Positions 10,085-19,830 of a DNA stretch of 64,000 nucleotides are shown here, one piece after another. The notes below the pieces were generated by a model. The model saw only the letters and a program-made list of their open reading frames with translations, searched no databases and had not been told where the DNA came from. Positions within the stretch are counted from its first letter, which is position 1. The number at the start of each line of letters is the position of its first letter. The position numbers were made by a program, and so were the translations under genes. Origin of the DNA: Nemertoderma westbladi (Eukaryota > Animalia > Xenacoelomorpha); contig JAUCBJ010006711.1 in the NCBI GenBank assembly GCA_032718475.1, positions 163,881-227,880 on the forward strand. Direction: 5' to 3'.

Positions 10085-13000
10085 CTAACTCTGTTTTGAG
10101 ACAGGAGACAAATTATAATCTCCCGTCTCGATACGTGTCTCCTCTAATAACACAATATCTTGGACCGGTCGGTCCAAGGTGTGTAAACCATTAGTTTTAC
10201 ACTTTTTTGGGTGCGGACACTTGCACCTAATTTTCACAGTGACTGTGCGCACTATGTTTTGCACGTCTGGGTGTGTGTGCAAGATCACTCCAGTCTCCCA
10301 ATACTTTCTCTTGACAATGGGTTCGGTTATCAATACGTAGTCTCCCTTTTGGAGACTCCGAACCGTTTTGTACCACTTTGTTCTGGTGGATATGGTGGGA
10401 AGATAGTATTCCCGCCAATATTCCCAGAATTTGTACGCGACTAATTGAGTCATTTTCCAGCTCTTACGACTATATAGGTCGGCACTAATGGGTTCTGATG
10501 CCGGCACAAGAAATGCTGGACTCTGCATTAGCAAATGATTCGGCGTTAATGCAACACCGTCTGGCAACATAGCTATCGGCCTCGAGTTTAGGGTATGCTC
10601 GATTTCAATGAAAGCTGTGACCAGTTCGTCGTCGGTAAGTTGTTTGTTCACAGGCAATGTTTTGGCAATGGCCTGTTTTACAGAGCGAACCAAACGCTCC
10701 CAAATTCCTCCTCTCCAAGGACTTTCTGGAGTATTAAATCTCCATTCTACTCGTTGCGGCAAAAGTGCTGCAGAAATTTCCTTATTCTGTGCTGCTTTAT
10801 GAGCCGCGTTCAACTCGCTATTCCCTCCGACAAAGTTTGTACCCTTGTCAGAGTAGAACGCCTTTACTAGTCCTCTCCTGGCCATAAATCTCTTTAAGGC
10901 CAGGAGCAGAGATTTGGTCGACATGTCTGCCACACGCTCGATATGTATGGCTCTACTCGCCATACATGTCAGTAGCAGACCCCATCGCTTGTGGGTCAGC
11001 CGTCCACTCTTTGCTTCAATCGGACCAAAACAGTCCACCCCTGTATTCGTAAAGGGTGGGTCATATGCCTGCACTCTCGCTTCCGGGAGTTCAGCCATCT
11101 CCTGTTCCAATACTCTGGCGTTCACCCTCTTGCAAACCAGACAGGCGTCATACATAGTGCCGACTGCCCTGCTTGGCTGCAATAGAATGAATCGCTGTCT
11201 CGCTGCCGACAGACAGTGTAACTTTCCCGCGTGATGCAACCTCTTATGTATATCCCATAGAATCGCTCTTTGCAATTCTATCGGGTAACTAGGGATTATC
11301 ACTGGGAACCGAAACTGTGAGTTTATGTCGACAGTCTGGATTCTCGATCTATGACAAATCAAACCCTTATGGATTAATGGACTCCATTTTCTAAGGGGTT
11401 TATAGAGAACTGGTCGATGAGCCGATAATAGATGGAATTCTTTCGGGAAGGCACACATTTGATAATGTTTCAAATGCTTTAATTCCGCTTGATCAATCTC
11501 ATCCTCTGTCAGAGGTTGTTTCAATTTCCGAATTCGCTCACTATTGGTGCTCAATGGTTCTCTCAAATGTTTTGAATGTTTTAAACAAAGGTACGAAACG
11601 TATCGGCTTAACCACGCAGGTCTTTTACAAATTGTCAGCCAAGAGGCAGACGAATTTAGTAATTTGTCATAAATACTGCATGACTCTAATGCCAGCGACG
11701 GTTGTCCGCTAACTAATGGACGTTTCGAATCCAAACCCGCAGGTTTGGAAACCAAAGGATCCATTGTGTCGGTCATTTTCTGTCCGTCACTTACCAATTG
11801 TGACTCCGGTTTAGTCTGTAAGGGCGGTTTTATGTCATAACTTACCCTTCCTGACCTAATAGTCACGTAAGTCTGTTGGTCTGACAGGTCTCCGGGCCGC
11901 TCCAATGACTCTTCAGGCTGCTCCAATGACTCTTCAGGCCGCTCCAATGACTTAAGTTTGGCTTTAGACTTCGACTTAGAGACTTTCTCCACTTTGACTT
12001 CTGCATCTTCAGGCATCGGATTGGTCACTATCTTTAGTCGCTCTGGCCAATGTTCCTGTGTCCTCGTTAGAAAATCAGGTCCATGCAACCAAAACTCCTG
12101 CGACTCTTCCTGACAGAATTCCGCCGGCATTGCACCTCTCGAAGTTATGTCGGCCGGGTTCAACACTCCCGGACAATGTCTCCATTGTTCCTTCGTCGAA
12201 AAGTCAACGATCTGAGCGCGTCTATTGGCCACAAATGTCTTTAGTGCAATATTGTCGGCCGCAATGTATACTAACACCAAGGATGCGTCCGTCCAATAGA
12301 ATAAGGTCAATGTCGTGTCTAACTCCTCAGTTATTTGCTTACTTACCTCGACCGAAACTACAGCCGCCTGTAACTCTGCACGAGGGACAGTCATGTATTT
12401 GACCGGCATTGTCTTTGATCTAGAAGTCACAAAAGCCGTCTCAAACTTGTCCTGACTTACCTCTCGGCGAAGGTAGGCTACCATACCAAAACCGGTGTCA
12501 CTTGCGTCACTAAATAGGTGGAGCTCTAAATCAGCTGGGAATACCAGCTGATTCGGAAGGTAGGAACGGGGTACATCTATATTTTTCAATAGATGCAACT
12601 CGGCTTCCCACTCCCTCCACTGCTTTGCATGTATAGGAGATATTGGTTCGTCCCACTCTAAGTCGGACAACCAAATTTTCCTCATGCACGCTCGTGCCTG
12701 TAATATAACCGGACTGATAAAGTTCATCGGGTCAAATAGTCTACTCAATGTCGATAAGCAAATCCTCTTAGTCAAAACTTTGTCTGGGCTACTGGGCTCA
12801 AATCTAACTCTTACCTGGAACTTATCTGAGTTCGGGTTCCAAGCGAGTCCCAGTACTCGCGCCATGGGAATTGGTTCTACCCCCAATTCTATGTCTCCGC
12901 TCCCGCGATCCTTTACCGGGAACGACTCTAATAGGGCCTCCGAGTTCGTAGTGAACTTGGTCAGAGGAAATCCCCCTGTAGCCAAGCACTCCTGCAGGCC

Positions 13001-16000
13001 GTGAGCCACTTCTATGGCTTGTTCCGCTGTGTCCTTGGACACCAATCCGTCGTCCATATAGAAGTTTCTCAATATAGACTCGATTACTTCTACTGGATAC
13101 TTACCAATCTGGGCTGTTGCCGTTTTCTTTAAAACGAACAGCGTGCCATTCGGACTATCGCGGGCGCCAAATATCCTAACGTACATCTGGTATGTAACCA
13201 CTGGGCCGGATAAGTCTTCATTCTCAAACCAGAGAAATCGAAGGCTATCCTGGTCTGCCTTACAGGCTCTTACCTGGTGGAACATCGCCTCGATGTCACA
13301 AGTAAATGCGAATCGCCGCTGTCTAAAACGCAACAGTATTCCGATCAAATAGTTATTCAGGTTGGGACCATCCATCAACTCTGAATTCAGGGACATACCT
13401 CTATAGACTGCTGCGCAGTCGTTGACTACTCGGACTTTGTCTGGCTTGTCAGGGTGAGTCACATAGTGGTGTGGAAGGTAATAAGTCTGGTCTGTCACCA
13501 AGTCAGGGTCCTCTACCTTCCCAGCAAATCCCTTGGCGAAATAGTTGTTGATCTGGGCGCAATACTTCTCCCTAATGTCCGGATTCTTCAACAACCGAGC
13601 CCTTACTCCGTTCAATCTTTTCAAGGCTAAGTTGTAGTTGTTCTCCAACTTAGGTGGTTGTCGACGCCACAACATTCCAACTTCAAAATGTCCAGTCGGT
13701 AGTAGACGTATGGTATCTTCCATCATCTCCAACGACCGTTTCTCATCAGTAGACATGGCTAGGTCATATCCACCGGGTTCCATTGCGTCCCTATCCAGCC
13801 ATTCGACGGTTCTAGCTCCTGTCTCGAGGTCCTGGCGTATCAATTCCTTTTGTAATTCCTCCTCACTGTATTGGAAAATGTCTAGGTCTCGAGATTTAGC
13901 CACTTGACCCTCCACTATGTCTGTATAAGTCAAAACGTTAGTCAAATAGGTAGCGTGGGCCGCTGAACCAGACCCACGGGTCTGATAACAGTAGTCCTCG
14001 GGTTCACTATCTGTCCGGTCATTATGAAGTGGTTCCGACAACCTAACATTATCGGGAATCAACTCCTCATCTGACTCGCTAAAGTCACTATAGTGGTCAA
14101 TACAGGTTCTCCTAAACTCGTCTATGTCTGGTGGTTTTACTAACGGTGGTTGAGCTATAGGCTGTAATTCGTCGTATCTATTCATTGGCTTGTCGCCACC
14201 TGTAAACTCATAAGACATGGGTACTCGTGTATACCAACCTAGTATGGTCCTATGGGCATGTGGTCCATTGACATGCGGCTCAGCTGGTCTCGTTTCCCAT
14301 ATCTGGTGTGCGATCAGCTGTTCTGCACCAATCAACATAGAAACATTCCTATAACCTACCTGGTGTCTGGGTATCCTGAGCTTGTCAAAATACTCCTGTG
14401 CTATGGGACTCATCGGCGGCACCTTACCTAACTGCCTGCCGAATCCCTTCATAGCTAGACACTTAAATCCGTCCAATGGCAAAGCTTTCCGTTCTTGTCG
14501 AGTATGCTGGTCTCTCGGAAGTAGGGAATCTAGTTCCACCGAAATTCTGTGTCCCTTGAGGTCACCTACCCCATGCATAGACTTCAACTCTATTTGGATC
14601 TCCTCGGCGTCCTGGAAGCTAGAAACAGCTCTCGCCACTTCCTCGTCGATATACGATAATGTGGACGCAGTGTCCAACATCACATATATTCGCTTCGATC
14701 CCTTATCGCTGGTGAGTTTCACCGGAATCACGCTAAATATTTCCGACGTGGCCGATGATAAATACGTCCGCGCGCTGGTCGATGAACTATCCGCGGTGAA
14801 ACCTTGGCAGGTCACTTCTCTCGCGCTCGACTCGCCATCCTCGTCCGACGAACCTGGTTGGTAACCATCGTCCTGGATGCCAGTGTACGTATTCCTCCTT
14901 ATCGATACGGGTTCTTTGCTCCCCTTCCTTTGAGGATTTCGCTGTAAGTAACGGTCCGTTGGGGTATGGAAATCCGCATGTAGCAACTTGTGATGTAGTC
15001 TGCCGCATTCCATGCATCCGTCCTTGCTGTTCGGGCACTGCCGCCGTACATGTCCTGGCGCAAGACAAGCCCAACAGGTGTCCAACGTCCGCACTTGAAC
15101 TCTTCTCTGTTCTGAATTTAATTCCTTGAACCGTCTGCAACTATCTAACTTATGGTCGTCAGATCTTACCTCCTTTAGTAAACAGTATTGGCAACCTACA
15201 AATCCATCCGGCAACTCCTGTTGCTTTAACCTAGGTCTATCTAACCGCTCACCTGACCATACTCGCGAGTCTGATCTAAAGGCTGGGGTATTCGAATTAT
15301 ATCTGTCTACTGAGTTATAAGTCACAGTGGTCCTGTCATCGTCAAAACTTACCATAGACTTACCGGTAACAGGTTTAGACTCTCTCATATTCTCTTCTGA
15401 GAAGTTTGATTTCATCTCTGCTACTGCGTCTGTGGCTATCATGTCATGAATATGCTGAAGTGTCAATACTTTACCTTGGCCCTCCAACTTATTCTCTAAT
15501 TTGCGCCATTTCTGTCGGTAACGCATGTTTAGACGTCTTATTACGCTCTTTAAAACTTCGGCGTGATCACCATGATGAGGTAGATTCACCGTCCTCAAGA
15601 TGTCCAATGCGTTCGAAATAGCGTTCGCTAAATTCAACAGCTCAAACGGAGTTGTAATCCTTCCGCCCTTACCCAAGTCTTCTACTATCGACTGCGCCAT
15701 CTTGGTTTTATTCCCGTAGATGTCGCTAAGCGTCTTCATTGCTAACTCGAATGCTCTTTCGTTGCCGACGAAATTATCAGCAATGGCTCTAGGTTCTCGA
15801 TGGAGCATCTGAAGCAAATAGTTGAACTTCTCGTTGGGAGTAAAGGTGCTGTTGGTTAGCTGCTCGTCGACATAGGTTTTAAAGGTCCTCCAGTGCTTGT
15901 GGTTGCCCATAAACTTCTGGGGTTGTTGCGTCGGCAGTCCTTGCCTAGCAGCAAACTTACCTATGTCCCTAAGGGTTGCGTCGTTCCGGGTTAACAAATG

Positions 16001-17788
16001 GTTTAGTTCCGCAGGGTTGTTAAGTCTGGTCCTTTCCCGGTGGTTCCAACTTACCTGCTCCGCGTTGGTCCTTCTTTCCTTATAGTTTCGGGACTTCTGA
16101 CGTCTCATTTCTTCCTCTTCATCGCTTGACTCGGTGTCAGTCCTTAGCGCTCGCGATGATTTGCGCGCCGAGGCCCTGACCCAAGCATCCTGAATAAATC
16201 TTTCTGCCGAATTTTCGAAATTGGGATTATGGATATTCGGGACAGGCGTCCTTACCTGAGGTCTATGTGGTATAGTTTCCTCCGATATGCGTACTCGTTG
16301 ACTAGGCTGGACTTTATCTAACTCAGGCCTGCTGGGATTAGAATTACTTCTTACCTGGGCTGCTTCCTTTAACCGTAGGTTGCTAAGCATGTCCGTTATA
16401 GGTTGGATGTGCGGCGATATAGCTTGCGCTAAACTAGCACTTAACTCATCCCTCGTAATAAATTCCTGGCTAGGGTTCTGTTGTATAGTCGGCTCTATCT
16501 GAGTAATCCGCTGTCTCTCATATGATCCCTCTTCCGGTTTAACCCGGAAGTTCTCCGTCGAACTGGGTCGGCGCTCCGTCCGCGTATTCCAAACCCTCGG
16601 GTTCGGTTCGCCAAGTACTCGTTCCGTCGGAGTTTCTTCTCTAAATTCTCCGTTCTCGCGTTCGATATATAGTGGTGCGGTGTTCCGATGACGTAGATCC
16701 TGAGCGATGGGTGAAACACTAATACCAACTGGCGTGCGATATGTAGAGAATGGTTTAGCGATCCGTGTACTCGTAATAGCTGGACCGAGTATAGGAATTC
16801 TGGTCGTCGTTGACTCGCGTATAGTCGGAGTTCTCGCTTCCTGTTCGGCCTTCTGCAGTGCGAACAGTTCTCGCAACTCTGTCCCCACACTCGCCCCACA
16901 TTCTTCGAGCATTCGCATCCCCTTCTCGGCGATTTCGTTCGCCTTCCTAGTCCGTTCTTCGCTCTCTAAACTTAATCTCGCACTTTCCAACTGCGCCAGT
17001 TTACGCTCTTCTTCTTCCCTCGCTCGTCTCGCTGCGCTCTCTTCTTCTACTCGCGACCTTTCTTCATACAATGCGCGTCTTCTTTTCTCGATCTCGAGTT
17101 CGCGTTCCTTGCGTCCGCGTTCGAGTTGAAGCTCGCGCTCCTTCTGTTCACGATCGAGTTTCTTGCGCTCGCGTTCGGCTTGGAGTTCGCGTTTCTTCGC
17201 TTCCTGTTCGCATTCAAGTTGGAGTTCGCGTTCTCTCTGTTCGCGTTCGAGTTGGAGTTCGCGTTTCTTCGCTTCCCGCTCGCATTCAAGTTGGAGTTCG
17301 CGTTCTCTCTGTTCGCGTTCGAGTTCCTCGCGCTCGCGCTCGGCTTGGAGTTCGCGTTCCCTTTGCTCGCGTTCCGCTCGCTCGCGCTTACTTATCTCTT
17401 CCAACTCTCGTAACTCTGCGTCCAACTTACGTGTGCGCTCCCGTTCCCGCTCGGCTTCCTTCCGTGCTTCCTGTGCACGCAAAACTTCCGCCTGCTGTTC
17501 GTCTAGTCGGCGTCTTCTCTCCTCCGCCGAGTTGTGAGAAACAAGGGATCTAGCACATATTACCTTACCTCGCGCGTGACTAACCTGGGAATCGCCGCTG
17601 TCTCTAGATGCATCGTCGGTTGGAGTCAACGTCCTCTGTTGGATGTTCTCCGTCGTCGGTAGCACCTGACCTGGTACCACCACTCCATTCTGCATCAGCC
17701 AGCTAGTAACTTCCCTCTGATACCGGCGCTCCTCTTTATCCTGCGTCTCTTCTCGCTCCACTAAGTCTCTCAACTCTGCGTCACTCAC
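10085..17788 (-). CDS. BEL/Pao Gag-Pol polyprotein (Gag, protease, RT, RNase H, integrase)
   Basis: Three BEL knuckles (CQYC..H..C, CWACLAPGHVRRQC, CMECGRLHHKLLH); PR MLDTAST; RT YLPHH, CDIEAMFHQV, FYMDDG; RH LFSDAS, PRAEL, WTDA, NPADITSRG; IN HKRLHH..CLVC, GVDCFGP, YSDKGTNF, WERLVRSVK; C-terminal RPVQDIVLLE. Confidence 0.97.
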   Translation of the reverse strand: MSDAELRDLVEREETQDKEERRYQREVTSWLMQNGVVVPGQVLPTTENIQQRTLTPTDDASRDSGDSQVSHARGKVICARSLVSHNSAEERRRRLDEQQAEVLRAQEARKEAERERERTRKLDAELRELEEISKRERAEREQRERELQAEREREELEREQRERELQLECEREAKKRELQLEREQRERELQLECEQEAKKRELQAERERKKLDREQKERELQLERGRKERELEIEKRRRALYEERSRVEEESAARRAREEEERKLAQLESARLSLESEERTRKANEIAEKGMRMLEECGASVGTELRELFALQKAEQEARTPTIRESTTTRIPILGPAITSTRIAKPFSTYRTPVGISVSPIAQDLRHRNTAPLYIERENGEFREETPTERVLGEPNPRVWNTRTERRPSSTENFRVKPEEGSYERQRITQIEPTIQQNPSQEFITRDELSASLAQAISPHIQPITDMLSNLRLKEAAQVRSNSNPSRPELDKVQPSQRVRISEETIPHRPQVRTPVPNIHNPNFENSAERFIQDAWVRASARKSSRALRTDTESSDEEEEMRRQKSRNYKERRTNAEQVSWNHRERTRLNNPAELNHLLTRNDATLRDIGKFAARQGLPTQQPQKFMGNHKHWRTFKTYVDEQLTNSTFTPNEKFNYLLQMLHREPRAIADNFVGNERAFELAMKTLSDIYGNKTKMAQSIVEDLGKGGRITTPFELLNLANAISNALDILRTVNLPHHGDHAEVLKSVIRRLNMRYRQKWRKLENKLEGQGKVLTLQHIHDMIATDAVAEMKSNFSEENMRESKPVTGKSMVSFDDDRTTVTYNSVDRYNSNTPAFRSDSRVWSGERLDRPRLKQQELPDGFVGCQYCLLKEVRSDDHKLDSCRRFKELNSEQRRVQVRTLDTCWACLAPGHVRRQCPNSKDGCMECGRLHHKLLHADFHTPTDRYLQRNPQRKGSKEPVSIRRNTYTGIQDDGYQPGSSDEDGESSAREVTCQGFTADSSSTSARTYLSSATSEIFSVIPVKLTSDKGSKRIYVMLDTASTLSYIDEEVARAVSSFQDAEEIQIELKSMHGVGDLKGHRISVELDSLLPRDQHTRQERKALPLDGFKCLAMKGFGRQLGKVPPMSPIAQEYFDKLRIPRHQVGYRNVSMLIGAEQLIAHQIWETRPAEPHVNGPHAHRTILGWYTRVPMSYEFTGGDKPMNRYDELQPIAQPPLVKPPDIDEFRRTCIDHYSDFSESDEELIPDNVRLSEPLHNDRTDSEPEDYCYQTRGSGSAAHATYLTNVLTYTDIVEGQVAKSRDLDIFQYSEEELQKELIRQDLETGARTVEWLDRDAMEPGGYDLAMSTDEKRSLEMMEDTIRLLPTGHFEVGMLWRRQPPKLENNYNLALKRLNGVRARLLKNPDIREKYCAQINNYFAKGFAGKVEDPDLVTDQTYYLPHHYVTHPDKPDKVRVVNDCAAVYRGMSLNSELMDGPNLNNYLIGILLRFRQRRFAFTCDIEAMFHQVRACKADQDSLRFLWFENEDLSGPVVTYQMYVRIFGARDSPNGTLFVLKKTATAQIGKYPVEVIESILRNFYMDDGLVSKDTAEQAIEVAHGLQECLATGGFPLTKFTTNSEALLESFPVKDRGSGDIELGVEPIPMARVLGLAWNPNSDKFQVRVRFEPSSPDKVLTKRICLSTLSRLFDPMNFISPVILQARACMRKIWLSDLEWDEPISPIHAKQWREWEAELHLLKNIDVPRSYLPNQLVFPADLELHLFSDASDTGFGMVAYLRREVSQDKFETAFVTSRSKTMPVKYMTVPRAELQAAVVSVEVSKQITEELDTTLTLFYWTDASLVLVYIAADNIALKTFVANRRAQIVDFSTKEQWRHCPGVLNPADITSRGAMPAEFCQEESQEFWLHGPDFLTRTQEHWPERLKIVTNPMPEDAEVKVEKVSKSKSKAKLKSLERPEESLEQPEESLERPGDLSDQQTYVTIRSGRVSYDIKPPLQTKPESQLVSDGQKMTDTMDPLVSKPAGLDSKRPLVSGQPSLALESCSIYDKLLNSSASWLTICKRPAWLSRYVSYLCLKHSKHLREPLSTNSERIRKLKQPLTEDEIDQAELKHLKHYQMCAFPKEFHLLSAHRPVLYKPLRKWSPLIHKGLICHRSRIQTVDINSQFRFPVIIPSYPIELQRAILWDIHKRLHHAGKLHCLSAARQRFILLQPSRAVGTMYDACLVCKRVNARVLEQEMAELPEARVQAYDPPFTNTGVDCFGPIEAKSGRLTHKRWGLLLTCMASRAIHIERVADMSTKSLLLALKRFMARRGLVKAFYSDKGTNFVGGNSELNAAHKAAQNKEISAALLPQRVEWRFNTPESPWRGGIWERLVRSVKQAIAKTLPVNKQLTDDELVTAFIEIEHTLNSRPIAMLPDGVALTPNHLLMQSPAFLVPASEPISADLYSRKSWKMTQLVAYKFWEYWREYYLPTISTRTKWYKTVRSLQKGDYVLITEPIVKRKYWETGVILHTHPDVQNIVRTVTVKIRCKCPHPKKCKTNGLHTLDRPVQDIVLLEETRIETGDYNLSPVSKQS
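17060..17400 (-). repeat. Coding tandem repeats giving an E/R-rich coiled coil in Gag (RELQxExE units, 33-36 bp)
   Basis: TTGGAGTTCGCGTT recurs on the + strand; protein RERELQAERE/KRELQLEREQ. Confidence 0.85.
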
Positions 17789-18534
17789 CTGAGTCGCCTG
17801 CGCTTGTGATGCCCATAGCAGCCAGTTCTCTGTCCTAACTCGTCGGATCGCTCCGATAACTCGCGGTGCTCCAACAAGGCTGCTAAAACCCTGTCGTAAA
17901 TCCTCGTCGCCACGTCGCTCGACTGAGACTCTACTGCCTTCTTCGCTAGGACTGCAAGCTCCTCCGTCTGCTTGAATAACGCTGAGTTATATCCTCTTCT
18001 AATCTCTGCTAACTCTACCCTCCCGATGTTGGCTGAGTCGGCCAACATTTTTCTTACCTTGTCCGCCGTCCGAGTTATATGTCCGGCATGCGCGCGAAGT
18101 TTCTTCTTTATCGCGATATCAAGTTCTCTATCACTTACCTGACTTACACTCGGTGGACTTGAAGGATTATTTCGGGAACTACGGGTACTCCTTACAGCCG
18201 TTGGGACCACGGCACTTACCATACCCACAGGTCTGGAAACCGGGCTCCGGGCTCTCGCTTCTGCTACACTATCCTCCCTATCACTCACCTCTGTCCGGGC
18301 TGCCGTACAGTCCTTCCTTACAGTAGCGGTAGGGGATCCTAATACTATTACTTGAGGTTGCTGTTCTTCCTCACTAGTCACTGTCTCGTCCTCCTGTTCA
18401 CTTACGTCAGCGTCACTCGCTGCGTCGTCATAGTCGGCATTGTCGTCAACAGTAATATTGACGCTATCGTCAGTCGGCGGTCCAGCCGCCGTCTCGTAGC
18501 TGTCCTCTAGTGCCTCCTTGTCTGAGACACTCAT
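17785..18534 (-). CDS. Gag N-terminal segment, joined to the main polyprotein by a -1 frame change near 17835
   Basis: ATG start, acidic N-terminus and helical segment; overlaps the open upstream extension (RTENWLLWASQAQATQV) of the 10085..17788 frame, which itself starts only at a GTG. Confidence 0.85.
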   Translation of the reverse strand: MSVSDKEALEDSYETAAGPPTDDSVNITVDDNADYDDAASDADVSEQEDETVTSEEEQQPQVIVLGSPTATVRKDCTAARTEVSDREDSVAEARARSPVSRPVGMVSAVVPTAVRSTRSSRNNPSSPPSVSQVSDRELDIAIKKKLRAHAGHITRTADKVRKMLADSANIGRVELAEIRRGYNSALFKQTEELAVLAKKAVESQSSDVATRIYDRVLAALLEHRELSERSDELGQRTGCYGHHKRRRLR

Positions 18535-19379
18535 AGTCTAAATAATGTTTGCCTTCCGGCAAAATATCTCGCAAAGGTTCGAGATATGATTATAATTTAA
18601 CCGAAATACGGTCAAATTATTTGTCAAATAATCAGTTGGTCCAAAATGTCAAAATAAATTCGCAATGCAATATTGTGAATTTAATGGGGTATATAGTTAT
18701 AGCAAATACTAGCACAATATTTAAACAAAAATATTATTATATAGCTACTATATAGTATTAAATACCGGTATAGCACAAAATAACTCTGAATCTAATACAA
18801 AATATTCAAAATATACTTGCCACCCGAATATTTCTAATTTTATATATATATAGCTCTAATCAACGTAATTTTAATTTCAAATATTATATGTATCCACTAA
18901 CGCGTGGCTACATCTTCGGGTTGCGACTCTCTCTAACTCTCTCTCTAACTTGAGCGATTCAAAACCATGGTCGGCTAAACCTAAATATCCTAACTAATAA
19001 ATTGAGTTCAGCTTCGCAGTTAAACAACCGATAATTTTTTACTGCTTCCACAAACACACTGGTGCCAACAGAACAACTAACCTTGTTTGCTGTGAGATTC
19101 CACGTCCGCGTCCAAAGATTCAGGCCCTTCGCTGATTGCAAACCGAACCCGCAGACCCACACGAACCCCAAACTCAGAAGTTCCGTCTTGCCATGTATCT
19201 CCAGATGGTATAAAATAACTAAGCGGTTACCTAACATACCGGTACAAAACTCTAGAATTTTACAAAATAATTTTGACCGAAACTGAATTCTCGCAAACCT
19301 AGCTAATAATTTTCAAAAAACTTACTAATTACAGTTTGCCCTAAGGCCTAAGGAACTGCTGTATTCGCAATTAGCAAAA

Positions 19380-19830
19380 ACGCACTACCGTACATTCACT
19401 GTATGCAGTACAGTAAGTAAAACAGTACACCAACCTAACAGCCTAATGATACTGTGTGTGGTACGGCAAAACAAATGTCCCTTCTACCGTCCGCAGTAAC
19501 AACAATCAGCCTAATGTACTACTGTACTATCGTACGCAGCCAGTGAATACAGTAATCTAAACTAACAGCCTAAAAGAATATACTCAATGTTCTACCGTAC
19601 GCTAGCCTATAGCCTACAGCAGACGATCACGTGCTCCAATTTATTGCCTAATACTATGATATTACTATCAGCCTAAGAATACTCTATTGACCGCTGCAAG
19701 CAACAGCCAATAACGCGTATTACTGATACGAAGTATCAGTAAATCTAAATCTTCACGGCCTAAGAATATACTCTATGTCCTACTGTACGTGGTAGGCCTA
19801 CAGCAGACAATAATGCGCGTATTACTGATA
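19380..19830. repeat. Degenerate direct repeats in the 5' leader/U5 region
   Basis: GCCTAA(A)GAATATACTC..GCCTACAGCAGAC at ~19568 and ~19758; CGCGTATTACTGATA at ~19714 and ~19816; several CAGCCTAA units. Confidence 0.6.

Noticed and set aside
10211-17553. Antisense and alternate-frame ORFs overlapping gag-pol (also those over 1-2900 and 22500-24900)
   Set aside because: Shadow ORFs from codon bias and E/R repeats; no recognisable motifs.
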